This document shows positions 13,147-27,940 of a stretch of DNA of 64,000 bases, in pieces (position 1 is the stretch's first letter; every line of letters starts with the position of its first letter). The DNA lies in NCBI GenBank assembly GCA_964016885.1, contig OZ024752.1, forward strand, positions 1,364,001 through 1,428,000, in the 5' to 3' direction. The notes beneath the pieces were generated by a model. The model did not search any database. It was not told the DNA's origin and saw only the letters and a list, made by a program, of their open reading frames with translations. This DNA is from Eledone cirrhosa. Taxonomy: Eukaryota. The translations under genes and the position numbers were made by a program.

Positions 13147-16100
13147 ATATATGTACATGTGTGTGTATATATTCACATATATATGGATGCGAATTTATTT
13201 CCCTGAATTCACCAAACGACGTTTCAGAATACACTTTTGGCCTAGCTTACTATATAATGCATTGCCATTCGGTGGAGGTTATTTGTAGATCAGAGGGCAA
13301 ACATTAGGGTTTATCACTGTCATTTTTTCCGATACTTACACGGACATTCTAATCCACGAGAAAAAGAATAGTTCTTGTATCCGCTTTCTTTCGATTAGAC
13401 AATGAATGCGTGCATACTATAGACAATAAAAGTTTCTTGAGTGGTTTCAGCTTCACATTGATAAAATAGTTTATAATATTTTAATTGACAAGTTGTTTAT
13501 ATATAGTTTGCTAAGAATGTTTTAGAACGGAGTGCGTTATTATTGTTACATATCAATTTTCCTCATCATGAAAGCGTACTGGTATATTTTGATGCACAAT
13601 TTAGTCTGTTTCTCTTTCCGTTTACTTTTCTTATTTTTACTAAAGTCTGACGTTCGGATTCTTTTACATTTACGGCGATAGTTTCCAATGGTGAAAACGT
13701 CAAATTGCATTGCGATACAAATAATGTTTATTCTTATTTCGACATCAACTCCGTATACATTACATTGATATGATTTTTGTTTTATATGTCATGTTATCCA
13801 AAAGTCTACTAATTCTTCATCTGGCGTCCAATCTATCAATATATCTGTTTATTTTCATTTTTCATCGATATCTAGAAATATATATCACTAAAAATTTCAT
13901 ATAATTGATATATAGACTGAAACTTTCAGAAAGCATGATGTGATTTCGAAACGCTAGCTGGTCCTTCGTCAGGAACTTAGTATCCTATTTTGACATATAT
14001 AATATAAAGCAGATCTCAAATTTATGGGGAACTACTTACGATGATTTCGGGGTAATGTATACATCTCTTTGATGTATGTATTCTCATAATTTATAAAACG
14101 ACTTATCTTTCATTATAAAATTTGATAGCGTTCCTTCATCCCATTCTAAGAAAAAAGTGTCTCCATTTATGCACAAATTCGTCTTCGTATATTATAACCT
14201 AACGTTTTCATGTCATCTAACTCTCTGTATACACTGTCTGCTAAATTCTTCTCATGGATGATCCATGTAATGCATTAGTCTCTACTGGTTTGAATAATGT
14301 AATGTACACAACGTAAACAACAATAAGAACATACTGATATTTCACTTATTAGTCAAATAGATTCTAATAAGATGCTCAACATGCATATATTTGGATACAG
14401 TAGTCTCCTTGATCTGACACATCAACAAGGAAATTCATCGTAATGATTAAATATATTAGAAATAGCAACTAAATTCCTTGTAAGTGAAAAAGAAATATAA
14501 CTGGAATACATCGTCACTTGAGGAAGGCCTTTGGCTGACTCATGTCTAAGCAAAGACAACATTCATTCCCGTTTTATCTCAGTATGTATTTCAACAGAAC
14601 ATTTCCATTTATGTGTTGTATGATATATATTGATATCTCCTAAATATTAGAATATATGTTCTTATCTTACAAATACCTGTCTTTTGTTATGAAGAAATGT
14701 TATCAACATAATGTTCTGATGCAGATGTAACAATTACCCTTATATATAATACAAGTACTCATCAATTAGATCCCAATACTTTAATCTACACAATACCCTA
14801 TAACATATGATTGCTCCATGGATAATATATTGCCACGTTTAATAATTTCAATATTTCAACAATTATTTCTCAAATTTTCATTCTGATCTGTCTTCCAGAA
14901 TTTTTATAATTTATGTCGTTTTTGCCCCAAACATTTTCTCCATTAATCCTTTAAATATGTCATGTAGAAACGTTCTTGATATGTTATATCTGAATGCACA
15001 AATGAGAAGATGAGGGACTCCTCAGACTATTGTTTTGCCCGATTAAATTAACGAAGTATACATGAAATTATTGACCACCAGCTTACACAAATGTCAGAAT
15101 CAATGTCGTCTATGAAGTACAAAAACAAAATATATTTTCAAGCACGATATATACTATAGAAAAGCAATCATAAAATTGCAAGTAAGACTATTTTCAACAA
15201 CAGGTAACAAGTAATCACAATGAATAGCCTCTTGTCATAAAGACATATAGTAACTTTACGTATATTTGACATTATACGCTATTGAATATAAAATATAATA
15301 TAGATATTCCTGTGTACATAAGCTGTGACTGTGCGTATAAACGAGTGTATATATGTACATATATTTACATTTGTTGGTATACAACTTGTTATATATGTAA
15401 AGGAATATAACACTTAATGCGAAAAGCCATCTATGGGGAGTTAATTCATTTGGAATGTCCACTTAATGTTTCTGCAATAAAAATATACTTACCTTATGAC
15501 CATTTATGCATATACCTTGGTGAATATTGTAGGGGAAGTCACTCTATTAAATATTTATGGCAGGCATGGTAGCGAGTGTCCAGTGCTTAAACCCCACTGC
15601 GACCTATTTCACATTAATTGCACATGATTGATTAAAAAAAATTCCAGCCAAGTACGTAATTGTATTTAATCATCTGGAATATTTTCTATAATCTCTAAAC
15701 GTTTTGGCAATGTAACGAATTAATGTAATGTCTCTGTTGACATAATAAAACGACCTATGAATTATAGGAGAGATAATATAGGTTTAGATTACATTCATAT
15801 TTTACTGAGAGAAGTGTTGTTAAATGGCTCCGGTAGAATTAATACTTAATAAATCAGACCGGAGATAATGATGCTTCGCTCAAAATGTGTAATATGAGAG
15901 AAATCTACCGTAACTCTCAGTTTATTTTGTTGAAAGGTTTACATACTTTAACCCCAAACATTAGCATCTCGTCTCCTGTGAAAATAAGTTGACCCTTTCG
16001 GTAAGAACTCCTAAAGATGCGGTTAAACTTTCATTCTTCTACGTGTTGTTGTTTCAATTCATACATTGTTAAGCTCGCTATAATCTAGGTGGGAATCTTT

Positions 16101-17642
16101 ACATAATCCAGTTAACTCACAATTTCTGTTCCTGGTAGAAATGTTCTATTTAGTTAACATGTTTGAATTGATTATTAATCTCCAAACATATCGACAGTCC
16201 AATTGAGAGAAACAATAAAGCGTACATATGTGCATATTTGTTAATATATTTAGCATTCATTAAATTCATTTTGAATTTGACAATTATCCATTGAAATCAT
16301 CCTCATGAATATTATAAAGTGTTCAAATTATATCCTGGAAAAATGGTACATAGAAAACATAGGTAAATACTTTCTGAAAAATTGTAGGCATCGAAAAATG
16401 TATGTATATAATGTAGAATATAATACGAAATACAATACTGAGAGGAGGCAACACTAATAAAATGGTTTATTTAAATATTAATATATAAGAATATTTTAAG
16501 AAAACATAATTTAAATATTAATATGAATATATTAATGAGACGGGAAGCTTTCTTAGTAAATATTGTTTAATTTTCAAAACTATATTTCCATATTACTTCT
16601 AAGGTGTGTACATTTGTTAAAGAAACTAAAAAAATGTGTATAATTATAATGACAATTAAAATAATAGGTGGAACGCCACGCGTGTCTTCCAAGGAACTAA
16701 AATATTTAGATATAATTACGCTTTCTTTGAAATAAATTAAAAAGTAAAGTTATAACACGATGAGATTACATTGAACACTAATACCAGTAGATAGTGTACC
16801 ATTAAATTAGTAAAGCTGTCATGTTGTTTTAATTTTAATCTAGACCCATAACCTCAGAATTTATGTTACATTATTGGAAAGACCACGGAAAAAGGAAAGG
16901 CAATGTAACCTCGTTAGGATTTTGAAATTAGAACGCAATAATCCGTAACTAAATGCCAAAATGCATTATGTCCGAGGTCCTAAGGCCAAGATAAATAGTA
17001 ATACGAATATTATATTTATATTTGTGATTTTCCTTAAATTGATTGGGATAATTTCTATTTTGTAATGCCAAAAATTAATTCTAAATTATATACAAATATT
17101 AAATGGTTTGCTTACTTAATTATATACAACATTGTTGAATACTTTATGAGAAGAGAGACGCAACTGTTTATTGAACATAATTCTGTTTTGTAGGGAATAT
17201 GGGTGTGTTTTAGAATCTAACGAATAAAACAGTAGGACTTTATTTAAGAAGTAATGAAGTTGAGATTCAATATCAGGGAAAGCAATAAAATATATTAGCA
17301 TCTAAATTCCGTGCTTGTTTCTCTGTGATTCTGAGCCGATATATTAAGTCATTATTGATTTTGAACTTAAGTAAAAACATAAAAAGTACGTATAGAGGTA
17401 TTGTAAATATGAAATAAAATGAAGTATATGTAAACTAATTATAAATTGTGACAGTTTTCCAGGTGTTAGAAATACCAGCGTTGGTGACACTTGGATGTTC
17501 TGAGAACATTGGAAGAAATAATATATTATGTGATGATGACTATTTTAGTAATAGTCGTAGTAATTCTGTGAGTGACAATTGTTTCAGCCAATGATAAGAT
17601 ATGTACATCTGGTTATATATACATACATACACACACACACAC

Positions 17643-17725
<83 letters not shown>

Positions 17726-18803
17726 TGCATCTGTGTGTTTATGTGTGTGAATCCCAGTAAGTAAGGAAGGGAATACTTTAGTAGAGTGTATACATCAAAC
17801 TTAATATAGAAATTGCATTTAAAGGACTAGAACTGTCTCATTCGAAGGAAATCAGGGTTTACCTTATGATTTCCTTCACTGCGATATGTAATACATATTG
17901 ACCGAGCATCGTGAATATTCTCCAACTACTACGTTGCGTACTATACACGCCCAATTATATTATAAAAATTACGTATTTTTGTGACACCCTTATTTCTCAT
18001 GCTACAACTAGTGGGTTGGACATAAAACATTTTCTGTACACTACCATAAATATTTTCAGTATGTAATTCTGACAATTATTAATATAATTTATCAACATGT
18101 GTATTTTGGTGGTAAATATGTTATCGATGTTGAATATCATGACAGAAAAACGTGTGATAAAATCTATAAACAAGAATGATAAACGAATAAATTGTGCATC
18201 ACACGATGTTACACATTTAATGCTAATTTATAATTGAAATACAGAATAAAATGACATATATGCATGGAGAAGAAAATGAAGTTTTGACAGATTTCTATAA
18301 TAGTTATCATTATTTATAAATGCCAGGATTGATAATAGTTGCATGATCTCTTCACTTTGGAAAGATATTACATCGCTTGGTAGTAATTACTTCAATGTTG
18401 ATCGGCTATTGCTATATAATTTGATAGATTAAAACGAATAAATATTGATTTTCTTGATTTTACACAAACCCAATTACATAGCGTCATCTATACTAAATAT
18501 AATCCAATATATTGTTGTGAAGCGGACATGCTTGAACTCCAAATTCCATGTTAATATACTTGGTGAAGACAATACAAATTGTATCTTAGGTAAGCGTTTG
18601 CTATTTTGGAAGGAACAGCCGGTGCGTGAGTCTCTACGTGGCCAAATAAACGTCTAGAAATAGAAGCTAATTCCTCTACTATCGTCATCATATTCTCTTA
18701 AGTGAGAGAGGGAAACATTTGAAATATTATATATGAATAAACGTTGACTTGGATATAGTTAAGATATCTATCATCATAGATCTGGATAATCGTAGCTGAT
18801 TTA

Positions 18804-19197
18804 TCTATATAATACTAAAATTCTGTTATTGCCTGCTTACGTCCTTGCTTCCTCGTCTATAATGTAATTCAGCCAAAAGAGCGCGTAACGGGAAAATACT
18901 TTGAAAGGAATGTGATGCTGAAATGGGAATACAAATGGAATAAAACAAGATTCGCATAAATCGGACCACGGGTTCCCGAGATATGGGATTTTTCCGGGTA
19001 CCATCATAAGCAAAGAGAAAGAGAGAGAGAAAGAGGGATATATATAGAGAGAGAGAGGAGACAGAGTAGGTGGTGTTGTTGCGTATATATATATATATAT
19101 ATATGTGAGTGTGTGTGTATATGTGTGTGTGTGTCTATGAACAGTGTATATATAGATCACAGACACCCACATATATATATATACACACACACACATG

Positions 19198-19285
<88 letters not shown>

Positions 19286-19853
19286 GTGAGGTTTTTTTTA
19301 CAAAATGAAAAATAGCCGAGGTGTCCTACACGAGTGAAAGTATAAAGAAAAAGAGATGAAATCGAAAATGCAACTGGAGTCTTATTTTTTAAAAAATATA
19401 TATATTTATTTGGTTCCTTTACCGGTTTCGCAGTTCTTCTGCTTTTCAAAAGGTGAGTTGAGATGGAGGGTCTGTGGTTTTTCTCACATCTGTGAAAAAC
19501 CACAGACCCTCCATCTCAACTCATCTTTTGAAAAGCAGACGAACTGCGAAACCGGTAAAGGAACCAAATAAATATATATATTTAAAAAAAAAATAAGACT
19601 CCAGTTGCATTTTCGATTTCATCTCTTTTTCTTTATATATATATATGTGTGTGTGCGTATGTGTGTGTGTATAGAAACATACATATTTATATATATACAT
19701 ACACACACGTTCATATATGGACCTTTCAGTTTCATTTCACATTATATACATGTCTGTGTATATTTTAATTATTTAATAATTATTTTTAAGTGAACATGAT
19801 TTTTTAAAAATATTTTGAAGCGAACGTGACCCAACGGGTCACAGGTGGTCTAG
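18804..19853 (+). mobile_element. Non-autonomous Helitron with nested microsatellites and a PLE-like insert
   Basis: 5' a|TCTATATAATACTAAAA; 3' hairpin GTGACCC-aac-GGGTCAC followed by CTAG|t. Pairing of the two ends is inferred. Confidence 0.7.
19280..19635 (-). mobile_element. Fold-back PLE-like mini-insert with variant HHR
   Basis: About 145-bp inverted arms, apex about 19488, tail 19280-19340 on the - arm only; TTGAAAA-gcag..ctgc-GAAACCGGTA in both arms. Confidence 0.85.
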
Positions 19854-21799
19854 TATTAAATATAATCGACAAGATCAGCAGCGACAAAAACAATAACGAA
19901 TATTTAACCACTTTGAAACAAGAAGTAGAATATAATTATGTATATGATATATTGTAACTACTAATAAATTATAAGTTTTATATATTATTGGAAGATGGGG
20001 TGTTTATACGTATCCGAAGCACATAAACAAGAGTGTTTCAAATACTTCCATGAATAATTCGCGTTATCCTTATTATAAGCTCGACTAATATTATGCAACC
20101 TATCTACAATGTAGCTTGACCCACAACTGATGATTACTCTTACAAATCTTATCGTCTCGTTCGCGAATAAATTTGCAGTTAGATACGTTGAATGTTGAAC
20201 AATAAAACAAATTAAACATCCTAAGATATCTTGTCTGAGCTCTATTGATTCTACCAATTATATCAAAACAAATGTTCCTTTTGAATTCCACATGATTCAA
20301 TGATAAAACAATAGTTATATCTAATTTGTGCATTATCATATTGCATAAACTCTCACGAAGTAGTAATATTCATAAATGCCAAGAGTGTTCCGTGATTTCC
20401 TTATTCGATTTGTTATTATACTTCATTCATATCATTACCTTCATGCAGAAAACCGTGTATGATAAACGAACCTCATTCCTATGTCTTATCATTTAATGCC
20501 TTTCAGCGTAAGTCAGTAATTATTTTCGCTATCACTGACAGAAAAGCATGAAATACATTTTTATAATTATTTCATTAAACATTTGTAAGAGTAAACAGTT
20601 TTATTCAAATTCAATCAGTCTTCAACAAACATGATTCCATTCTAAAGAATGTATTCATGATAAAGAAGTGATAATAATTGCATTAATAAGACTCGAAAGA
20701 TTTGAAAACTTAATTGTGATAAGGATAAAAAATACCATAATTTTTTTTTTCTGGCTGAATTAACTATAACATTATCAGAGATCTCAAGAACAAAGAATCA
20801 AAATATATGAAAAAAAATAACCATGAAATTTAAATAAATATAACAAGTAGAAATTAACAATGTCACTCTTCGGCAATCTAATTGAAAACTATGAAAGTTA
20901 TTGATATTGGGTTTATGAATAAAATTTTAACTATATCCATATATGATTTAGTGAAGGATTTGGTATAATTCATTTGGGTTCTAATAAAATTTAAAACAGC
21001 GAACAATCTGAATAGCTTAGTGCTGTATATCTGTAGAGCAGAATATACTATTATAATGAATTCATGTAAATATGTACACACTCATACATACATAGACAAA
21101 CACACAGTCAAAGACACACACGTATGCACACACACATATATATATATATGCATAAATATAAATTTATTTTGCAAACAGAAAAAACACACACAAACGCAAC
21201 GCATGCGAAAGCAGAGACAATAATAAATAAATAAATGAAAAACATTATAATACAACGGGAGGAAACATAATAGTACCACTAGTGATGTCATAGGTGTGTG
21301 ATGAAAGAACTTTGAAAGTCTATATGTATATATTCATATCTATATTTTTAACCGTTGTTCTATCAATGATAAATATTGGTTGCACGCTAAATTAACTATA
21401 GGGATACAAAATATACAGAAGCGAAAACCAGCCAAAACAGTGAGTGTGTTTTATTATTATTTCTGGCAATATTATAAGAAATGACCCTCCCCAAATATAA
21501 CTATATCTTACAATTAACCTGTTAATAATTCTATTGACAGGTTAATTGCATAAGTTTATTTTAAAAACTACCTGGTTGGGTGCTTATTCGATTTGTGCTA
21601 TATATGCATTTTTTTGTTTGATATACACATACTGAATTCATTTGACAAAATCTGGGGTTTTTCCTCTTGTAAGATACACATGTGCTTTTACAAAGTTCTA
21701 CGTCATTCACAAAGTTGGTGCAGAGCAACATTACCTGTTGATAACGTGATATTCCTTGTTCGATCATTATGCTAAAAGCTTATAGATTTAAGCATACCG

Positions 21800-22082
21800 T
21801 ATTATTGATTTAGGTGTCATAGAAACCCTCCATTTGGATTTTACCATCAATTCCATTTGGGTCCAGGTCGGTTTTTATCATTTATTTTGTTTGACCTGTT
21901 TAGCTTGATTTGTTTTTTTGGCTTAGATGGTTAATGCCTTCTTGACCACTTTTTCAGTTTGTATGGCGTTTTAACATATTATTTAGCTCTGGTTTTCTTA
22001 ACTATTGGAGCGCTTGCCAGCATGTCTACGATTTTGCGTTTCGTTTCACTTTTTCTACCAGCCGAAATACGATTCTCGCTGA

Positions 22083-22086
<4 letters not shown>
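21800..22086 (+). mobile_element. Probable PLE-like terminal fragment
   Basis: T-rich body, tail hairpin GCTC..GAGCGCT (21986-22014), ends at (TA)n. Confidence 0.4.
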
Positions 22087-22152
<66 letters not shown>

Positions 22153-22187
22153 ATAATCATATATAATCATATATATATATATATGTA

Positions 22188-22228
<41 letters not shown>

Positions 22229-22265
22229 ATAATCATATATAATCATATATATATATATATATGTA

Positions 22266-22314
<49 letters not shown>

Positions 22315-22343
22315 ATATATATATATATATATAATATATATAT

Positions 22344-22736
22344 GTAGGAGGTGAGTTTTATTGTAGCACAATAAAGCAATGCAAATATCGAATAAGTAGC
22401 ACTCAGTTTTAAAGGCTATCTCTCTCTCTGTATCACCCATCTCTCCTCCTCTCTCATCCTTCCTTCTCATACTCCTCCCCCACCATTCTTTACTCTCATC
22501 TCTTCCTCTTCCTTACCCTTTCCAACCCACCTCACTTTTTCCCAATATCACACATCAATCTTAAATTATTTTTCATATGTTGATTTAAAACTTCCCTATT
22601 CACAAGTGTTTTTTAACCTTCATATCATGTATCCCAATTTTATCTGATGAAAACGCAGATATCATCTCATGATGATATTTGTTTTTGAAATGCGCATAAT
22701 AAAATACTTGGAACTCTTTTAACCATCTTTTGATCT

Positions 22737-22742
<6 letters not shown>
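22344..22742 (+). mobile_element. PLE-like insert: inverted tail, pyrimidine-rich UTR and HHR
   Basis: 22344-22405 matches 57541-57601; 22575-22742 matches 57805-57970; (TA)n on both sides. Confidence 0.8.
22637..22705 (+). ncRNA. Type I hammerhead ribozyme motif, intact
   Basis: attttat-CTGATGA-long stem II (gatatcatc/gatgatatt)-GAAA-TGCGCA-TA-ataaaat; palindromic stem III ATGCGCAT. Confidence 0.82.
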
Positions 22743-22809
<67 letters not shown>

Positions 22810-22811
<2 letters not shown>

Positions 22812-23330
22812 TTATTCCATGTTGAATCGGAGATAACCAGAATAAGTAAGGTACTCAATACATAGCAGAGTATAAACGTTTTAATATAGAAGAGCTTCTG
22901 CAGGTCTAGAACTGTTTCATTCGTGAGAAATCATCAGGAAGCTGGCTGTCCAAGTAAGTGGTGGTATTTATATCTTTTCTTTTCTGGTGGTAGGAGAGGG
23001 TGGGTATTGGGATGGCTGGAGGTCATTGGTTGAAGGATTTAAAGAAAAGGGAGTTCATTAAAAACTAAAACTGTAAAGCTATAATATTAACAAAGGCAGA
23101 AAGAATACTGTAAACAAAATGATATTTGGAATACCAATCCTTGTTTATCACTTATACTAACAATGCCTGTAAGACAGGTGTCTACAGGATGGGTGGGGTT
23201 CCATGGTTTAAAGAAAAGGGAAATTCTTTAGAAGCTAATTCTTTAAGGCTGAAATAAGGGTGACAAAGGCAGAAAGAGTTCAATCAACAGATTCAAGTGT
23301 TGGGGCGATTCCCCTTTTTGTGAAGTTCCT
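22810..23330 (-). mobile_element. PLE-like terminal repeat with HHR core
   Basis: The - strand reads CTGATGA-tttctcacgaat-GAAACAGTTC (22909-22937), with tail hairpin TACTC..GAGTACCT. A degraded relative lies at about 17755-17860. Stem I pairing is imperfect. Confidence 0.65.
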
Positions 23331-23556
23331 TTTAATATATATTCCAGGTGTCGACAAGCACATTCACACACGCGCCCACTTACACACGTACACACACAGA
23401 CACGCACACACAGGCAGGCACACACAACAAACATACATATATACATATATATGTACATACATACGCATATATATATACACACACGCGCGCTCTCATGCAT
23501 ACACAAGCACACAGACATTCATACGTACACATATACATATATACACACGTACACAC

Positions 23557-23597
<41 letters not shown>

Positions 23598-24039
23598 CAC
23601 ACATATATATATATATATACATATACATACACACATATATATGTATATAGCGTGAAACTATTAACCATACCATTTGTACTGCCTCAATGTTTTTTGTTTT
23701 CTGTTCATATATATATATATATATGCATATATATATATATATACATATACATACATACATACAGCACACATATACACACATCACATACATACACTTATAC
23801 TTATATATATATTTATATATACATATATATATACACATATACATACACATATACACATGTACACATATAAATAAATACACAAATACACAAATACTCACAC
23901 ACATGCTCACATACACACGCATATACAAATATGGAGCGAAATTTATTATACTTATTCACCAACTAATCAAATTACTTCTCTAAAAACCTGAAGTTTCGAG
24001 CCACTTTTTTTACATATAAAACAAGTAACATTCAAAGAC

Positions 24040-24247
24040 CAACGAGATCTGAGAAAAGCCAACGACCCTCCATCTCAACTCTACTTTTGAAAAGCAGAAG
24101 AACTGCGAAACCGGTAAAGGAACCAAATAAATATATATATATTTTTAAATATACGACTCCAGTTGAATTTTCGATTTTACTTTTTTTCTTTATACTTTCA
24201 CTCGTGTAGGACACCTCGGTTATTTTTCATTTTGTAAAAAAACCTCA

Positions 24248-24252
<5 letters not shown>
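24040..24252 (+). mobile_element. Further copy of the 19280-19635 family (single arm with tail)
   Basis: gaccctccatctcaactc..TTGAAAAgcag..ctgcGAAACCGGTAaaggaacc..ggacacctcgg..cctcacttt then (TA)n. Confidence 0.85.
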
Positions 24253-24285
<33 letters not shown>

Positions 24286-24325
24286 TACACACACATACAC
24301 GTCTGAAAACGTGTGTTGAAACCGA

Positions 24326-24482
24326 TATTATTATGCTTTGGGAGGGTCATGTTGTCAACCAACCAACCGTAAATTTATAAATTCTTAAATTTATAAATTT
24401 AATTTATAATAAATTGGAGTGAAAGTAACTGGTGCGTGTGTTTCTTATTGGCAACATGACCCTCCCAAAGCATAACAATATA
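24326..24482. repeat. Inverted repeat (about 32-bp arms, about 90-bp spacer)
   Basis: ttatgctttgggagggtcatgttg / caacatgaccctcccaaagcataa; related sequence at about 21480. Confidence 0.7.
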
Positions 24483-24787
24483 TATATATATATATATCTA
24501 TGATATGTATGTATGTAATCATATGTCCATGGTCCCGTAACACCTGAAGTAGCCGTAGCGGCATCATATTAACATAAGACGTCGCTAGGACATTCTTCAA
24601 ATTCGGACGGTTCCCTTCTCTCCAGGTCTGAATACACCAGCTTTTTTCCAAAGAAAGAAAGAGAGAGTGAGTGAATGGAAGAAGAAAAATATATAGAGGA
24701 AGAATCGATCCCAGTACTAGACTGGTCATTTTCTATTGACCTAGAAATGATAACAGGCGGAGTTGACTTCATGTATCTATCTATCTA

Positions 24788-24836
<49 letters not shown>

Positions 24837-24867
24837 TGTGTGTATGTATATATATATGTATGTATGT

Positions 24868-24894
<27 letters not shown>

Positions 24895-24902
<8 letters not shown>

Positions 24903-25140
24903 GGAAAACAAAGAATCAGTGATTCATCGAAGACAATTTTTTAACGTATTACAATTGTTTCTCCGGTGAACACCTCGAGCTGTTCACCGGACAAACAATT
25001 GTAATACGTTAATAAATTATGTTTCGATGCATCACTGATTCTTTGTTTTCCATATTATTATACATACTCTGCTCTGAAGAAGTATAGAGTGCTCAACCGG
25101 CATACCGTATATGGAAGCATCCAAGCAACCTTACCACAAA
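24895..25140 (+). mobile_element. Fold-back PLE-like mini-insert
   Basis: About 80-bp arms, apex about 24978, GAAAC-AATT-GTA half-core on the - arm; tail shared with 35687-36091. Confidence 0.8.
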
Positions 25141-27709
25141 TATATACTTATATATATAGATATGATATAATCCCCCATCGAATATCGACGTATGAAGGGT
25201 CAAGTTCCTTAAATGACACTTTAGCCAAGCTGCTGATTTACACATCAATCGACATTTTAGTACAGATGACGGTAGCTTCAATGGAGCAAGACAACAATTC
25301 CTATCAGGCCATGGTGTCAGATCCCTGACCACAAAGAAGGACCAAACGAGATCCCTCAACTTTCTCCACATCCCAATCGCAGACCCCTTCCCCCACCGAC
25401 GGTCATCATCCAATGCCTAATAAATGCATGGAAACATGAAAAAGAGGAAAAAAGCACGAACGAACATGACATGACAAACCGCGGGTCTAGCGAGTCGGCT
25501 GAAGATAGGAATTCGTCGTGGTTTATTGTTATGTTTATCATGTTCCTTAGATCTTGCACCCGTTTCTGTACTGTGATGTTTTGTGAAACATCCCTTTCTT
25601 AACATATTATGATATACATAGTTTAGTGTTACTCCCATGACAGTGAATTATTTTCCCCTCAATATAATGTTTTGTTAATGCTATGTTTTACTAATATAAT
25701 AATACATTACGCTATTTGTTTATGTTCATGGCTATCTCGATTGTTATATTGTTTTATTTTATACTTCACTGCACATTTGCTGCCGCGCCGAATAACAATT
25801 ACTTTTAGTGATAGTTAAAAGGACCGATAGATACATATATAGGTTAACAATTTGTGATAGTTGAAGTTTCAAATGTATATTTGTAACTTTCCTTGTTTAA
25901 TAGTAATAGATAACCATCTCTGATGCGACGAAACTGAAATATTCTGAAGTAGAAGGTAAACTTAATTATTGTAAATTCAATTATTGTAAATTCAATCGTA
26001 AAACCTCACATAACTAAGATTCACAAATTACGCTCGTATTTGAATAAGCGAAAGTTTTCCAAAAATAGATGTCGTATATGTCCAAGCATCTTTGGAAAAC
26101 GCGTTACTTCGTTAGGTAGAATCATTCAATTGAAAATTGCCAATTCGAATATCAAATGAACTCGCTAAAATAGTTCACATCTATGGATGCTATAGAAATG
26201 CAACTACTACTTAGAATATAACAAATTCCCATCCTTGTATTATTTATTTCTGAAATATCCAATTTTTCCTGTATTTAAATAGTAGTTAAGAAGTGTTTCT
26301 ATCTGATCTAGTAAACATACAAAGTAGTAAACATACAAAACTTTAGCATTCTTACATTTAATTATCCTTACACCAAAAGATATATGGTTTACAGATTAAT
26401 AGTGTTGATATTGAGATTGAACAGATGAAATTAAAAATATAAAAACAAAGTCTAATTTGTTAAATGGATTTTACAGTTCGAACGAGATGGATAGAACTTA
26501 GATAAATATATATTAGCCAAATAAGAATATCTAGAACGGGATATGGTAAGGGTGAAACAGTAAAAGAATTTGATATATTTCATAATGTTGATATTTATAA
26601 ATAATTAGTTATTTTCTCAACTTAAGTCCATCTCGCTATTTTTCTGACCATAGTTTATTTACCATTGTAAATATTTCAATTATTTGATCTCATTTTGTGG
26701 GGACAGTCGCATGTGGTTGTGTGTGCTACTGCTGTAAGTAATTACCTTTTAATTATCGTGGCAATCTTTTATTTAAACTAAATCTAAATTAAATACAACC
26801 AAAAATATGAATTGTAATACAGTACCTAAAAGCTTATTTTACGAGAGGCGAACAATATGTGTTCATTGGTTTAAAGTAGCATTAATTACGATAGTGAGTT
26901 GAATTATATACAAGTAATTGAAACGGACGCGGAATGTCTTTTTTTCTTTTGCTTTGCTGTTAAATGCTTCCACCACGACCTTCACCACTAACTATTCAGA
27001 ATGATATAGAAAACAAAGGAAAAGAAAATATTACCTGGGCAATAATGTAATATACATATGAAGGGAAACATTTAAATATTAATTGGAATAGTCATTAATG
27101 TAGGTTGTGTTTTTGTTGAGGGTTATATGCAATATATTGTTTAACAAGTTCTTTTTATTAACTTTTCTTTGATAAAGTATCAGTATTAAAATAGAACATT
27201 TCAGTCGTAGAATAATATAAAACAAAATCATTAATATCATGTTGAATATAATTGATGAAAGATCACAGCTTAATGGAAATGTATATTTCATTTACTTTGA
27301 TTTTAAACTACATTCACCATTCTATTGTACAAGCAAATTCAATTAATACTTTTATTATTTAGTTAAAACACAAGGACGCGTGCACAGACATATATAAGGG
27401 AGGTGGAATGGGATAAAGAGGGTGACAGATGTATTTGAGAGACATAGAAAAAGAGAGAGGGGTTGTGAGTGATGGAAAGAGATAAAGAATATATAAGCGT
27501 TCTTTTTTGGCTAACGTTATAATATTTTATATATGAAAGTGACTATTTGCATTTAGTATCTCATATTCCCTAAATAATTTCAATCTGATATGAAATGAAT
27601 CTCTAACTCTCTGCATCTCTTATATATATATACATATTAATATACACACACACTCACACACACACACACATACCCCCCCCCATATATATATATATTTGAA
27701 ATATATATA

Positions 27710-27940
27710 GGTTTCCTGATGATCAGATTAGCATTTAGTGCTGACCAGTCACAAGGAATATTCTTCGCTGTGACAGGACGATGATCTGAATCTAATGGTA
27801 AGAAAGAGTTATAAACTTTACTGTTCATTGCACCATTTTTCCATTTATTATTTATCAAAGTTTGAGCAAGTTGATTCCCGACACGCTCTGGATATTTGAA
27901 TGCTAGATACAGCAGTCACATCTCCATTAAAACACAAATA
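27710..27940 (-). mobile_element. LINE apurinic-type endonuclease fragment (RTE-like)
   Basis: INNKWKNGAMNSKVYNSFLPLDSDHRPVTAK contains the APE C-terminal SDH motif. Confidence 0.7.

Noticed and set aside
13945-13972. Minus-strand CTGACGA..GAAA (also about 34440)
   Set aside because: Stems I and III are not evident; compatible with chance or heavy decay.
21510-21550. Small AT-rich palindrome; short tandem duplications at about 25965, 26310 and 42400
   Set aside because: Common local slippage or repair products with no further support.
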